Notes: generated by a model not told the origin, from the letters alone. Numbered from the stretch's first letter, positions 41,423-51,441 are shown. The stretch: DNA of 64,000 bases from Cenarchaeum sp. (GCA_965212015.1 OZ243037.1:896001-960000), one strand, 5' to 3'. A program made the numbers and translations.

Positions 41423-42487
41423 GTGAGGGCGCTAGTCTATGACGAATATTCCACAGACGACGATTTTGCGGGGATTCTCAGGATAAAAGAGCTAGACGAG
41501 CCTCGCGCAGGCCCAAACGACGTGGTATTCAGGGTCAAGGCAGTGGCGCTAAACTATGACGACATTTGGGCCATGAGGGGCAGGCCAATCAGGGTGCCCA
41601 TGCCGCACATATCGGGCACAGATGCGGCAGGCGAGGTAATAGAGGTGGGCAGGGACGTAAAGGGTGTAAGGGTCGGCGACAGGATAGTCTCGCACGGCAA
41701 CATTTCGTGCAGGGTCTGCGGCCTTTGCACCAGCGGACGCGAATACGACTGCAAAAGCAGGTCCATCTGGGGCTTTCAGACGGGGCCGCTGTGGGGCGGG
41801 TACTGTGAGATCAGCCACCTGCCGGAGATCAATACGCTGAGGATTCCAGAGAACATTAGCTACGAGCAGGCCGCAGCTGCATCCATGACGCTCATGACGT
41901 CGTGGCACATGCTGGTAGGCCGCGCAGGAATAAGGCCGGGGCAGACCGTGCTGGTCATGGGGGGCGGCTCTGGAATGGGAATCTTTGGAATCCAGATTGC
42001 AAAGCTGTTCGGATGCGACGTGATTGCCACTGCAAGCGCAGGCAAGCTAGACGGGTGCATCAGGCTCGGTGCCGACTATGCAGTGGATCACCGCAGGGAC
42101 GGATGGCACCGGGAGGTAATGGACATTACGCGGATTCTGGCGCAAAAGGGCAAGAGCCCCGGAGTCGACGTAATATTCGAGCACATTGGCGGCTCGCACT
42201 GGGGCAGGGAGCTGGGCCTGCTGAAATACGGCGCCACCATAGTCACCACCGGCGCGACTACGGGATACGACGTCAGGACGGATCTGCGCGAGGTGTTCTC
42301 AAAGGGGATAAACATACTTGGCTCCACGCAGGGCACCAGGGCGGAGCTGGAGCGCGGCCTGTACTGGATGTCGCAGGGAAGGATAAGGTCGGTGATAGAC
42401 TCCGAGTATCCGCTGGAACAGGCAGCGCAGGCGCATGCAAGGATGCTTGGCGGCGATATTTTCGGCAAGATAATCATAAGGCCGTAG
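41423..42487 (+). CDS. Zinc-binding MDR-family dehydrogenase/reductase
   Basis: PHISGTD, CRVCGLC..C, GGGSGMG, GKII. Confidence 0.88.
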   Translation: MRALVYDEYSTDDDFAGILRIKELDEPRAGPNDVVFRVKAVALNYDDIWAMRGRPIRVPMPHISGTDAAGEVIEVGRDVKGVRVGDRIVSHGNISCRVCGLCTSGREYDCKSRSIWGFQTGPLWGGYCEISHLPEINTLRIPENISYEQAAAASMTLMTSWHMLVGRAGIRPGQTVLVMGGGSGMGIFGIQIAKLFGCDVIATASAGKLDGCIRLGADYAVDHRRDGWHREVMDITRILAQKGKSPGVDVIFEHIGGSHWGRELGLLKYGATIVTTGATTGYDVRTDLREVFSKGINILGSTQGTRAELERGLYWMSQGRIRSVIDSEYPLEQAAQAHARMLGGDIFGKIIIRP

Positions 42488-42489
42488 CG

Positions 42490-43485
42490 CTAGAGCCAGT
42501 GCGGAATCTGCATGTATTTGCCAATGTCCTGCTTTTTTAGCACCCTGAGCAGCGCAAGTGCCTGCGGCGTCGAGAGTACCGGCACGTCAAAGCGGTTGTC
42601 CGTCGAGATGCGCGGACACGCCACCTGAATGAACGCATCTATCCCCCCAAAGTTTTGCAGCCTGTCGTTGGTAATGTCCGTCATTGCAAAAAGCAGCACG
42701 GTCTTGCCGGCCCCCTCAAGCTCCCTTTTGAATTTCAGCGCGGTGGTCTTTGATAGCTGTCCCTCCTTTAGGCCGACTATAACGCCAAACGTTTCTGCGT
42801 CGGCGGCCTTGTATATTGCCAGCGTCGCCTTTTTCTGGATTTTTTGCGCAAACTCGGTGACCTCCCTTACCTCGTTAAAGTACGGATCCAGCACGTACGT
42901 GGGAAGGCCAGTCGACAGCGCGATTCCGGCGGCATGAAAGTTGCTCTGGCCCAAAAACACGTTTGCGTCTGCCTCCAGCCTGTTCTCCATTGCCGGATAA
43001 AACTCGCACCCAAAGACCTGCCCGTCGTTGAGCTGGCCCTTTGCTGCGCCGACCCTTACTGTGACCCCGCCGGACTCGAAAATGCCGCGCACCGTATCCA
43101 TCTGACAGAGGTGCTGGCTGTCCGTGACTAGCGACACGGTCCTGCCTGAGAGCCGCCCTACAGCCTTGAGTGCGACCCTGTCAAATGCCACGTCATCAAA
43201 GGCGTCTATCAGAAATACATTGTCCCCGTACTGCTCTGTGTTTATCGTGTGTCCCAGGTTAAAGAGAATCTCTGCTGCCAGCGTCCTTGCACCGTTCGAG
43301 TTGAGATCGCATGTGCCCCACGTGGTGTCCGCCAGAATGTACGCCGGGATTCCAAACCTGCCCATGATTTTAGACGCCGTATCTTGCACCTGCGCCAGCA
43401 TCCCGTCGGGCCCGTTGAGGGCCACAGAGGCGGGCTTTTTCCGGGATATGATCTCAAATATCCTCTCCTCGTCCACTATGATCAT
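42490..43485 (-). CDS. dph2: Diphthamide biosynthesis protein Dph2
   Basis: WGTCD, GQVFGC, ACPRIS, VLSTP. Confidence 0.92.
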   Translation of the reverse strand: MIIVDEERIFEIISRKKPASVALNGPDGMLAQVQDTASKIMGRFGIPAYILADTTWGTCDLNSNGARTLAAEILFNLGHTINTEQYGDNVFLIDAFDDVAFDRVALKAVGRLSGRTVSLVTDSQHLCQMDTVRGIFESGGVTVRVGAAKGQLNDGQVFGCEFYPAMENRLEADANVFLGQSNFHAAGIALSTGLPTYVLDPYFNEVREVTEFAQKIQKKATLAIYKAADAETFGVIVGLKEGQLSKTTALKFKRELEGAGKTVLLFAMTDITNDRLQNFGGIDAFIQVACPRISTDNRFDVPVLSTPQALALLRVLKKQDIGKYMQIPHWL

Positions 43486-43564
43486 TTTCCAGCTAAAGGC
43501 GGGGCGATTTTAATTTAAACCAAGCTGGCAAAGCCAAAAATGGGAAGGGGCCGCACGCCGTACA

Positions 43565-44881
43565 GTGAAAGAGACCGTAATGCACATTGGGTTTGACGAC
43601 ACCGACTCGCCGGGCGGAATGTGCACCACGTATCTGGGCTTTAGGCTGGCAGGCGCCCTGCGGGACATGGGGGCGAGGTTTTTGGACTATCCCAGGCTGG
43701 TCCGCTTTAATCCAAACATCCCGTGGAAGACGCGCGGCAACGGGGCGGTGGGGCTAAAGATAAGCACCGACAATCCCGGGGCGGTCAAAAAAAAGGCCGC
43801 GCGCATGGTAAGGGAGAACTCGCAGGTTAATGACGGCGCAAATCCGGCCGTCGTCTTTTACGAGAGCGGGGATGTGCCAGAATCCATCACCGAGTTTAGC
43901 AGGGCGGCCCTGTGGAGGCTCATCGGCCGCAGCCAGGCAAAAAGATTCGTCAGGCAGAACAATCTCGAGTCGTTTTATTTTGGGAACGGGCAGGGGCTGG
44001 TAGGCGCAGTGGGCGTCATCGGCTACGAGTTCGGAGACGCGACCCTTGAGCTGCTGCGGTACAGAAAAAAAGAAAAGTTTGGCACGCCGCGGAAGATTTC
44101 CGCTGACAGCGTGAGGAGGATGCAGGAGGCCACATACCCCGGCACGTTTGGAAGCTATGACGAAAAAAAACGCAGGGTAATGATTGCGCCGCACGGGCCG
44201 GATCCCGTGCTTTACGGAATCCGCGGCGACGATCCGGCAGTGCTGCTCCGGGCATCAAAGATGATCAGGTGCGCCGAGCGGCCGGGCGGATACATGCTAT
44301 TCAAGTCCAACCAGGGAACCTCCGATCACCTGAGAAACGGGCTGGACGCAAAAGACCTGAGGCCGTACGCATCAGGCACGCTTGAGGGCACCATACAGTC
44401 AAGGCCCGTCACGGAGCGCGGCGGCCACGTGTTTTTTTCGCTGCGCTGCAGTGGCGGCGCAGTCCGGTGCGCCGTGTACAAAGAGTCCGGAATGGCCCGC
44501 CACATCGCAGAGCTTAATGCAGGCGACAGGGTAAGGGTGGGCGGAGGAGTCCGCAAGGCAAGCAAAAGACATCCAAGGGTGCTAAACGTAGAGTTTGTCG
44601 ACGTCACAGGCCTGGTCCGGGGGCGCCGCATGGCAAACCCGCTTTGTGCGGGATGCAAAAAAAGGATGAAGTCCAGGGGAAGCGGGCAGGGCTTTGCGTG
44701 CGCGCAGTGCGGGGCGCAAGGCGCCTCAAAGATAGCCGAGGCGGTGGAAAGAAAAATCAAGGCGAAAACGTACATGCCGGTAATCTCGGCGCAGCGCCAC
44801 CTGACGCGGCCGCGCCAGCGCATAAAGAAAAGAAACGAGGCGCCATTTGGCGGCTCTGTCAGGTGGTTTAGTGTTAGGTAG
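43565..44881 (+). CDS. tiaS: tRNA(Ile2) agmatidine synthetase
   Basis: GFDDTDS..GMCTT, NPNIPWKTRGNG, PHGPDPVLYGIRG, SNQGT, NPLC..C, HLTRP. Confidence 0.93.
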   Translation: MKETVMHIGFDDTDSPGGMCTTYLGFRLAGALRDMGARFLDYPRLVRFNPNIPWKTRGNGAVGLKISTDNPGAVKKKAARMVRENSQVNDGANPAVVFYESGDVPESITEFSRAALWRLIGRSQAKRFVRQNNLESFYFGNGQGLVGAVGVIGYEFGDATLELLRYRKKEKFGTPRKISADSVRRMQEATYPGTFGSYDEKKRRVMIAPHGPDPVLYGIRGDDPAVLLRASKMIRCAERPGGYMLFKSNQGTSDHLRNGLDAKDLRPYASGTLEGTIQSRPVTERGGHVFFSLRCSGGAVRCAVYKESGMARHIAELNAGDRVRVGGGVRKASKRHPRVLNVEFVDVTGLVRGRRMANPLCAGCKKRMKSRGSGQGFACAQCGAQGASKIAEAVERKIKAKTYMPVISAQRHLTRPRQRIKKRNEAPFGGSVRWFSVR

Positions 44882-44968
44882 CGGGGAGTAGATTTGAACT
44901 ACTGATTTGCGGGTTATGAGCCCGCCGGGATGACTTTGTCCACAAGTGTCTGACTTCCCCACCCCGCT
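44879..44968 (-). tRNA. Initiator tRNA-Met(CAT) with ~15-nt D-loop intron
   Basis: AGCGGGG...CCCCGCT-A (A1:U72); GCGGG-CTCATAA-CCCGC; T-loop TTCAAAT; removing ACACTTGTGGACAAA restores D-loop GG and 75 nt. Confidence 0.9.
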
Positions 44969-45063
44969 GAAACACGAAAAACGCCATAGGTATATACACC
45001 TTATTTTGAGGATTCTGGTGCCGGCCTGCCATCTATAAATTAGGCCCCAAATGGCACAAGTCC

Positions 45064-46452
45064 TTGAGCATCACCACGGTCAATCCCGCAACGGGGGAGC
45101 CCATATCCACCTATGCTGCGATGGGCAGAGACGAGGTATGGCGGCGCGTCGAGACTGCAAGGCGCGCGTTTCCAGAATGGAGGTCGGATCTGGAAAAAAG
45201 GCGCGGCTGCGTGTATAATCTTGTAGAGCACCTGAGGGCCAACAGGGACAGTCTTGCCGGCGTAGCCACGCGCGAGATGGGCAAGGTAGCAAAAGAGGCG
45301 GCAGGCGAGATTGAAAAATGCGCATGGACGCTAGAGTTTTACGCAGACCACGCTGCAAGCTTTCTTCACGAGGAGGTCCTAAACACGGACGCCCGGAAGA
45401 GCTTTCTTGTGTTCGAGCCGATAGGCGTGATAGGCGCAATCATGCCGTGGAACTTTCCCTACTGGCAGGTGCTGCGGTTTGCGGCGCCGACTCTGATGGC
45501 GGGAAACACCATAGTCATAAAGCCCTCGAGCGTCTCGGTGCAGTGCGGAATAGAGATGGAGCGGGCCTTTGCGGAATCCGGCTTTCCTGACGGCGCATTT
45601 CAGGTGGTGGTAGGCGGCGCCGATACGGCAAACCACCTGATAGACTCCGGCGTCGGCGCAGTAGCCTTTACCGGCAGCACCGGCGCAGGCTCCAAGGTGG
45701 CGCGCCGCGCCTCGGCCAACCTGAAAAAATGCGTACTTGAGCTTGGCGGAAGCGACCCGTTCATAGTGCTGGAGGACGCCGACGTCGAAAAGGCAGCAGA
45801 CGGGGCAGTCAAGGGCAGGTTCATCAACTGCGGGCAGAGCTGCATTGCCTCAAAGCGCTTTTTTGTCGCAAAAAAGATAGCAGACGAGTTTGTCGAAAGG
45901 TTCATCAAAAAGGCATCAGACATCGCAGTCGGGGATCCCACGTCGCAGCAAAGCGACATGGGGCCGCTTGCAAGCGCCGGCGGCCTTGAGACCATCTCCG
46001 GTATAGTCGACGACGCAAGCTCAAAGGGCGCAGAGATTCTGCTTGGCGGTAAACGGATGGACGGGCCGGGGTACTTTTACGAGCCCACGATACTCGAGGG
46101 CGTCGCGCCGCAGATGAGAATCGCAGGCGAGGAGACGTTCGGGCCCGTTGCGCCGATCACAATAGTTGACGGCCCCGACGAGGCAGTCAGGCTTGCAAAC
46201 AAAGTCGAGTTCGGCCTTGGTGCGAGCATCTGGTCTGCCGACCTGGGCATGGCAGAGGATCTCTCGCGCAGAATCGAGGCGGGAATTGTCAGCGTAAACA
46301 ATGTGGTAGTGTCTGATCCCAGGATTCCGTTTGGCGGGATAAAAAACAGCGGGTTTGGGCGGGAGCTCTCGCGGTACGGCATGCTAGAGTTCATAAACAT
46401 AAAGTCCGTAAGGTTTTACGACAGCCTGGTCCACCACCACTTTGTAGAGTGA
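45064..46452 (+). CDS. NAD(P)-dependent succinate-semialdehyde/aldehyde dehydrogenase
   Basis: MPWNFP, FTGS, LELGGSDP, GQSC, EETFGP, PFGGIKNSG. Confidence 0.92.
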   Translation: MSITTVNPATGEPISTYAAMGRDEVWRRVETARRAFPEWRSDLEKRRGCVYNLVEHLRANRDSLAGVATREMGKVAKEAAGEIEKCAWTLEFYADHAASFLHEEVLNTDARKSFLVFEPIGVIGAIMPWNFPYWQVLRFAAPTLMAGNTIVIKPSSVSVQCGIEMERAFAESGFPDGAFQVVVGGADTANHLIDSGVGAVAFTGSTGAGSKVARRASANLKKCVLELGGSDPFIVLEDADVEKAADGAVKGRFINCGQSCIASKRFFVAKKIADEFVERFIKKASDIAVGDPTSQQSDMGPLASAGGLETISGIVDDASSKGAEILLGGKRMDGPGYFYEPTILEGVAPQMRIAGEETFGPVAPITIVDGPDEAVRLANKVEFGLGASIWSADLGMAEDLSRRIEAGIVSVNNVVVSDPRIPFGGIKNSGFGRELSRYGMLEFINIKSVRFYDSLVHHHFVE

Positions 46453-46992
46453 TCAGATCTTTTTTACCAGCACGAACCTCGGCTTTGCGGGATCAATGTC
46501 CTCGTGCATCTCTACGTTGCTGATTATCCTGACTTTGTATGAGAGCCACTTTTGGTACATGTCCCTTCCCCTGCTGCGCGAATCCGGCCCGTCGCAGCCA
46601 AGCTCGCAGTTGACAATGTATCTTTTCGAGACGCGGAACATCTCGGCGAGCGCCGCGTCCACCTGGCCGTCATCCAGATAGTTGAAAAACCCGTGGGTAA
46701 AGACAATGTCGACTGAGGCATCGGCGTACGGCATGTCTACTGCGCTGCCCGTCCGAAAGTCAAACGACGCCAGCCTTTGCCTTGCAATGTCTACTATTTT
46801 CTGGCCGATATCCAGGCCGTGCACCTCCGTTGTCCCAGAAAACAGCCGCAGGTCGTTGCCTGCATTGCAGCCCACCTCAAGGACGCTTGCGCACCTGAGC
46901 GATGCGGCAAGGTCCCTGATGAATTTTGCAAACTCTTCGTTATAGTGCGAGTCGGCATCGGCGGCATAGTCCTCCCAGAACCTCCCGTCCAT
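46453..46992 (-). CDS. Class I SAM-dependent methyltransferase
   Basis: VLEVGCNAG, GLDI, MPYADASVD. Confidence 0.85.
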   Translation of the reverse strand: MDGRFWEDYAADADSHYNEEFAKFIRDLAASLRCASVLEVGCNAGNDLRLFSGTTEVHGLDIGQKIVDIARQRLASFDFRTGSAVDMPYADASVDIVFTHGFFNYLDDGQVDAALAEMFRVSKRYIVNCELGCDGPDSRSRGRDMYQKWLSYKVRIISNVEMHEDIDPAKPRFVLVKKI

Positions 46993-47150
46993 TACGCCCC
47001 CCCGTGCCCGCACCGGCACCGGATCATCTTTGTGTCAAACGCGCAGTCGTGCGGCCCGTCGGATCTGGCATCCACCGGAATCATCCCCATGCATTCGGCG
47101 TGGCGGCCCTTTTTGCAGAACCAGCAGGTCTCCGTGTTTGAATTATTCAT
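46992..47150 (-). CDS. 52-aa Cys/His microprotein
   Basis: Manual translation MNNSNTETCWFCKKGRHAEC...HDC...CRCGHGGA; TAATG overlap with the methyltransferase start. Confidence 0.7.
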   Translation of the reverse strand: MNNSNTETCWFCKKGRHAECMGMIPVDARSDGPHDCAFDTKMIRCRCGHGGA

Positions 47151-47183
47151 GCAGGTGCGCGGTGCCGTTTCACGTAAAAATCT

Positions 47184-48098
47184 TCAGATGTACCTGAGCC
47201 AGGGCAAAAACCTGTCATTGCGGCCCATGGTAATGTCGGCAAACGACTTTTGCAGTGCCCGCGTGACCCTGCCGGGCTTGCCGCCGGAGATCTTTGCCCT
47301 GTCTATCTGCGTTACGGACTTTACCTCCGCTGCGGTGCCCACCATGAACACCTCGTCGGCAACATACAGGTCCTCCCTGTCGATGTCCCTCTCTATTACG
47401 AATCCGCCGTTCTCCTCTATTATCTGCATGACGCTGTCGCGCGTGATTCCGTCCAGTATTCCCGAGTCAAGCGGCGGCGTGACTATCTGCCCGTCCTTGA
47501 GCATAAAGATGTTCTCGGCGCTTCCCTCGCCCACCTTGCCGTCGGAGTTTAGCATTATCGCCTCGTCGTATCCGTCCTCTAGCGCCTCGAGCCTTGCCAG
47601 CGCGGCGTTTGAATAGTTGGCGGCGGCCTTTGCCTTTACCGGCTGGGATCTAGAGTCTATCCGGGTCCAGCTTGAAATCTTGCACTTTGCGCCGGACTTT
47701 TTTCCGGCGCTTGACTCGCCCATCTTCCACTCCCAGCACGCAATGGAGACGTCTATCTTGTTCTTGGACGGGGTGAGGCCCATGTTGCCGTACCCATAGT
47801 ATGCAATCGGCCTAATGTAGCATTCCCTTAGGCTGCTGGCCCTCACCGTCTTTATTATCGCCTCTGTGATTTGTGCCTTGGTGTACGGGATTCTCATCGA
47901 GTACATCTTTGCGGATCGAAACAGCCTGTCGACGTGATCCGGGAGCCGGAATATCGCCGAGCCGCCCGGCGTGTCATAGCACCGCAGCCCCTCAAAGACC
48001 GCAGTGGAATAGTGCAGTGCGTGCGTCAGCACGTGTATTTTGGCGTCCTTGAACGGAACCAGCCTGCCGTTCATCCAGATTTTTCCGACCTCCCTCAT
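47184..48098 (-). CDS. ilvE: Branched-chain amino acid aminotransferase
   Basis: HALHYSTAVFEG, YIRP, KAAANY, EGSAEN, LDGITR, GTAAE. Confidence 0.96.
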   Translation of the reverse strand: MREVGKIWMNGRLVPFKDAKIHVLTHALHYSTAVFEGLRCYDTPGGSAIFRLPDHVDRLFRSAKMYSMRIPYTKAQITEAIIKTVRASSLRECYIRPIAYYGYGNMGLTPSKNKIDVSIACWEWKMGESSAGKKSGAKCKISSWTRIDSRSQPVKAKAAANYSNAALARLEALEDGYDEAIMLNSDGKVGEGSAENIFMLKDGQIVTPPLDSGILDGITRDSVMQIIEENGGFVIERDIDREDLYVADEVFMVGTAAEVKSVTQIDRAKISGGKPGRVTRALQKSFADITMGRNDRFLPWLRYI

Positions 48099-48174
48099 GC
48101 CGGTGCTAAGGACGGCTGGCAATTTAAAGAATTACGTGTGAAAGACAGATATTCCCGCGCCATACACCAGTGCC

Positions 48175-48381
48175 GTGATATGGGAGCTTGGCGTACCTGC
48201 AATCGTGCTGCTCGTAATAGGCCTGGTTGGACAGGGCTTTGAGATGAGAAGGATCAGGCTGGAGGGGGAGGCATCGGCAGGCGTTTTTGCAGACAGGCGG
48301 AACTTCAAGTGGTATGCCGTGATTGCAGCCGGGGTGGTATTATGGTATATTGCCGAGCGTGGCGGCTACGGATCTATATAG
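48175..48381 (+). CDS. Small two-TM membrane protein
   Basis: Two hydrophobic segments flanking GQGFEMRRI...RNFKWY. Confidence 0.7.
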   Translation: MIWELGVPAIVLLVIGLVGQGFEMRRIRLEGEASAGVFADRRNFKWYAVIAAGVVLWYIAERGGYGSI

Positions 48382-48417
48382 ATCAAGCCTAAATAGCTGA
48401 GCCGTGCATGATAAGAC

Positions 48418-48515
48418 AAGCGTGTTTAGGGTAACGCCGGAACTAAGTCTAGATAAGGTTCAAGAACAAACCCAGGTTGGTCAGACTGGTGAAAATCCAG
48501 TTAAGCCAACTTTTT
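48418..48515 (+). ncRNA. Candidate ~95-nt structured ncRNA with tRNA-like T-arm
   Basis: TATA-like CTAAATA ~25 nt upstream, three hairpins, T-tract at the end; lies between convergent genes. Confidence 0.5.
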
Positions 48516-49929
48516 AGATAAATTTTATCGCCGGCCTCTCCGAATGTATGGCGCGGATTGCAGCCTCGATGTTCTCACCAGAGTCCTCGACTACCAGTAT
48601 GATTCGCGAGGTCTCCTCCTGGGCGTCCATGTTCAGTATGTTCAGGCCCGCCTGGCCCAGCCTGTGGCTTGCCTTTGATGCCACGTGCTGCACGCGCCAC
48701 ATCTCGTCGCCAATCATCGTAATCACCCCCCTGTCGTAGGTAATCGCGGCAAGGGGGTCAAACCCGAGAAGGTATTTCTCGTTGCGCCTCACATAGTCGG
48801 CGTCCAAAAACAGGATTCTCGTAAACTCGGTTCCGTCCCTTGTAAACGGCGAGAGGATGACAAACTCGCCGTACCGCCTGTCCTCTTCTAGCGAGGCTAG
48901 CAGGCCCGCTGCCGCATGCGTCTCTATCCTGAATATGGCGCAGTTTTTCCTTCCCGTTACGATCTTTAGCGGATGGCCGCTTTGCGAGCCGGGCACCCGC
49001 TTTATCGTGGTGGTGTTTTGCGGGTTTTTCATGTCAGATACGGTTATCGGAATGTCCACGCCGTTTTCGAGTATCTCCTTGATTGCTATCGGATCCAGGA
49101 TCTTCATTCCGAACATTCCGGCCAGCCGCGCCTCGTTGTACGAGAGCTGCTTTACCCCGCTCAGGCCGTCGCGTACAATCTTGGGATCGGCAGACACCAC
49201 TGCGCTGTCCTTTTCAAAGTCTATTCTTACATTGTATTTTTTGTGCAGCAGTATGCCCAGATCGGCCGCCGTGCGATCAGAGCCGCCCCTCTCGTAGGTC
49301 GTGATTATATCATCCGTCGTTTTTCCTATGAACCCGCCGATTGTGACAATGTCGTTTTCCTCAAGCAGCCGCTCCAGTACGGAGGTGTGCGCAGCCGACT
49401 CGGAGTACAAAAAGTTTGTCGATTCTATGTTTTTGTCGGTAATGATCGGCCATGAATCAAACGGCACGACCTCGGATCGCATTTTCCTGCCCTTCAGTAT
49501 AAGGTTCATTATATGGGACATTAGTATTTCGCCTGCAAATGCAAGGGAGCTTGAGCGGATTTCGTTTGCAAACTCGCGCCCCTTTCGCGCCGCATCAAGG
49601 GAGGCAGATACCCTTTGAAGAAAGTCCGCTGTCAGCTTTGTGCATTCGGCCTGGTATTCAGAGCTTACCATCCCCAGGATTTTTTCATAGGCGCCCCTGA
49701 CCTTGTCAAGGCCAAAATCCTGCCCGGATTCGGCCCTTTTTCCCATGTCCAGTACAATGTCCGTAATGGAGCGGGTTTGTCCGCCGTCTGCAGTCAGCGG
49801 GGCGGAAAATACGCATATTATCTTGGAGTCCTTTTTCAGGTCCGTTATCCTCCGGATTATGACCGGGATTAAGAGCCCGTCAGGACCGATCGCGCTTCCC
49901 CCGAATTTTGCAACAACCAGATTTGCCAT
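48514..49929 (-). CDS. lysC: Aspartokinase
   Basis: VAKFGGS, VFSA, GGFIG, RGGSDRTA, ADPKIV, LSYNEA, C-terminal ACT-like domain. Confidence 0.9.
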   Translation of the reverse strand: MANLVVAKFGGSAIGPDGLLIPVIIRRITDLKKDSKIICVFSAPLTADGGQTRSITDIVLDMGKRAESGQDFGLDKVRGAYEKILGMVSSEYQAECTKLTADFLQRVSASLDAARKGREFANEIRSSSLAFAGEILMSHIMNLILKGRKMRSEVVPFDSWPIITDKNIESTNFLYSESAAHTSVLERLLEENDIVTIGGFIGKTTDDIITTYERGGSDRTAADLGILLHKKYNVRIDFEKDSAVVSADPKIVRDGLSGVKQLSYNEARLAGMFGMKILDPIAIKEILENGVDIPITVSDMKNPQNTTTIKRVPGSQSGHPLKIVTGRKNCAIFRIETHAAAGLLASLEEDRRYGEFVILSPFTRDGTEFTRILFLDADYVRRNEKYLLGFDPLAAITYDRGVITMIGDEMWRVQHVASKASHRLGQAGLNILNMDAQEETSRIILVVEDSGENIEAAIRAIHSERPAIKFI

Positions 49930-49957
49930 ACGGAAAAAAAGATCCGGATGCCGTCTA

Positions 49958-50986
49958 TTAAGCATTTGATTTGCCGAGGGCCTTTTCAATGACCCCGCAT
50001 GCTTGCTGTGCGCCGTCGTTTGCGGCTGGATTTCTTTTCTGTTTTATTTTTTCAGAGATCAGGCCCTCCAGGCGGTTCAGGTCCTCGTGCGAGAATCCCT
50101 CGTCTTTGGCGTTATCCTCCTGCTCAAAGTGCCCCAGAATTGGAATGAATATTGCCGGCGTCCCGTACGCGCGGCCTTCGTCTATGGTCGACTTGCCTGC
50201 AAGAGATACCAGCACGTCTGCTGCAAAAATCAGCTCGTGCAGGTTTGCGACAAAGCCCAGGTTTCTTATCCCCTCTCCGCACTCTATTTTCAGGGCAGGC
50301 CCCGTTGCCAGCACGATTTGCATGTCATCCGGCAAATTGGGCGCAATCCGGAGCATTTTCCGGATGAGAAATCCCCCCGCATCCGTTCCCCCGACGCTTA
50401 CCAGGATTGTCTTTCCCTCAAACCGGTATTTTTTTCGGAGCTCCTCCCTGGAACTGCTCGTCTTTCTTGTTATCGGGCCCACTCGGATAATGTTGCCGTT
50501 ATTTGCCCCGCGCTCCGGAAGTATTACCGCATTGCATTTTCCGGCCAAATCCCGCATTGAGCGGTTCATCCTTTTTTCAATCAGGCCGCCCACGCCGCTT
50601 GCAAACCTAGTCTCCAGAATGTCCGTAACCAGGATTGTCCGGATGCCTCTTTCCTGTGCGACTGCAAGTGACGCAAAGTCCTCGTCGCTTATTACCAGTT
50701 CTGGCTTGTGGCGTGCGATGATTTTTTCCGAGATTGACTTGCAGTCGTTATAGTACCGATAGTATCTCCACAGCCACCGTAGCTTGCCTTGCAGCCGGCC
50801 TCCCCGGACATCAAAGGCAGGCGGGCTGTACGCGTCGTCTGCATCAAAGCGCCCGGCAAGGAATTTTGCCGCATGGCCCCCCGATACAAACCTCAATGAG
50901 GCGCCTTTGAGGCACCCGGCAATGGCAGAATCCCTCGTGGCATGGCCCAGGCCTATCGGGCTGGAGAAAAAAAGAATGTCCGTCAT
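49958..50986 (-). CDS. GT28/MurG-like glycosyltransferase
   Basis: GLGHATR, VGGTDAG, AGKSTIDE, HFEQEDNA. Confidence 0.85.
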   Translation of the reverse strand: MTDILFFSSPIGLGHATRDSAIAGCLKGASLRFVSGGHAAKFLAGRFDADDAYSPPAFDVRGGRLQGKLRWLWRYYRYYNDCKSISEKIIARHKPELVISDEDFASLAVAQERGIRTILVTDILETRFASGVGGLIEKRMNRSMRDLAGKCNAVILPERGANNGNIIRVGPITRKTSSSREELRKKYRFEGKTILVSVGGTDAGGFLIRKMLRIAPNLPDDMQIVLATGPALKIECGEGIRNLGFVANLHELIFAADVLVSLAGKSTIDEGRAYGTPAIFIPILGHFEQEDNAKDEGFSHEDLNRLEGLISEKIKQKRNPAANDGAQQACGVIEKALGKSNA

Positions 50987-51063
50987 GGCAGGTTTGGGCC
51001 GGCAATCACATTTCTAGATTTTTATTCTCAAAGCTTAAATGGGTTTTAATGGTCAGAATTGCT

Positions 51064-51138
51064 GGGCTCATAGTCCAGATCGGTTATGACGTCGCCCTTA
51101 CACGGCGAAGATCCGGGGTTCAAATCCCCGTGGGCCCA
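51064..51138 (+). tRNA. tRNA-Val(TAC)
   Basis: GGGCTCA/TGGGCCC-A acceptor; TCGCC-CTTACAC-GGCGA; GGTTCAAATCC; CTTAAAT box upstream. Confidence 0.96.
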
Positions 51139-51415
51139 CTCTTCTCCCACCTAGCCGCCCCGTAGCCGGAAGGATATTCTGATCGGCACGGAGCTGATCG
51201 ATACTATATTTTATGGAATTGTAAAACATTTGATCATGTGTGATTTTTCAGCATGTATTGAGAATGAGGATTGTCAGATTTGGTATGGCGAGAGTTTGAA
51301 AACCTCTATCGAGTCGCTCGATTCGCGGGTTCAAATCCCGTCCCTGACGCGGTTATTAGAATACTGGGAATTAAAAAGGTATCTTGGCGAGTCAGGCGTG
51401 GCCACAGGTCTGGTC
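51139..51415 (+). repeat. Left direct repeat containing pseudo-tRNA (51264-51349)
   Basis: Near-identical core to 58004-58276; begins immediately after tRNA-Val. Confidence 0.9.
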
Positions 51416-51441
51416 ATTGGGAGGCCCTTGATCCATCAGGT

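Noticed and set aside
44879-44968. tRNA-Ile2 (TiaS substrate) because it abuts tiaS
   Set aside because: A1:U72 and three consecutive G-C anticodon-stem pairs indicate initiator Met.
51264-51349. Functional tRNA-Phe(GAA)
   Set aside because: Acceptor stem has several mismatches, the anticodon stem has a T-C mismatch, and the long variable arm is not Phe-like.
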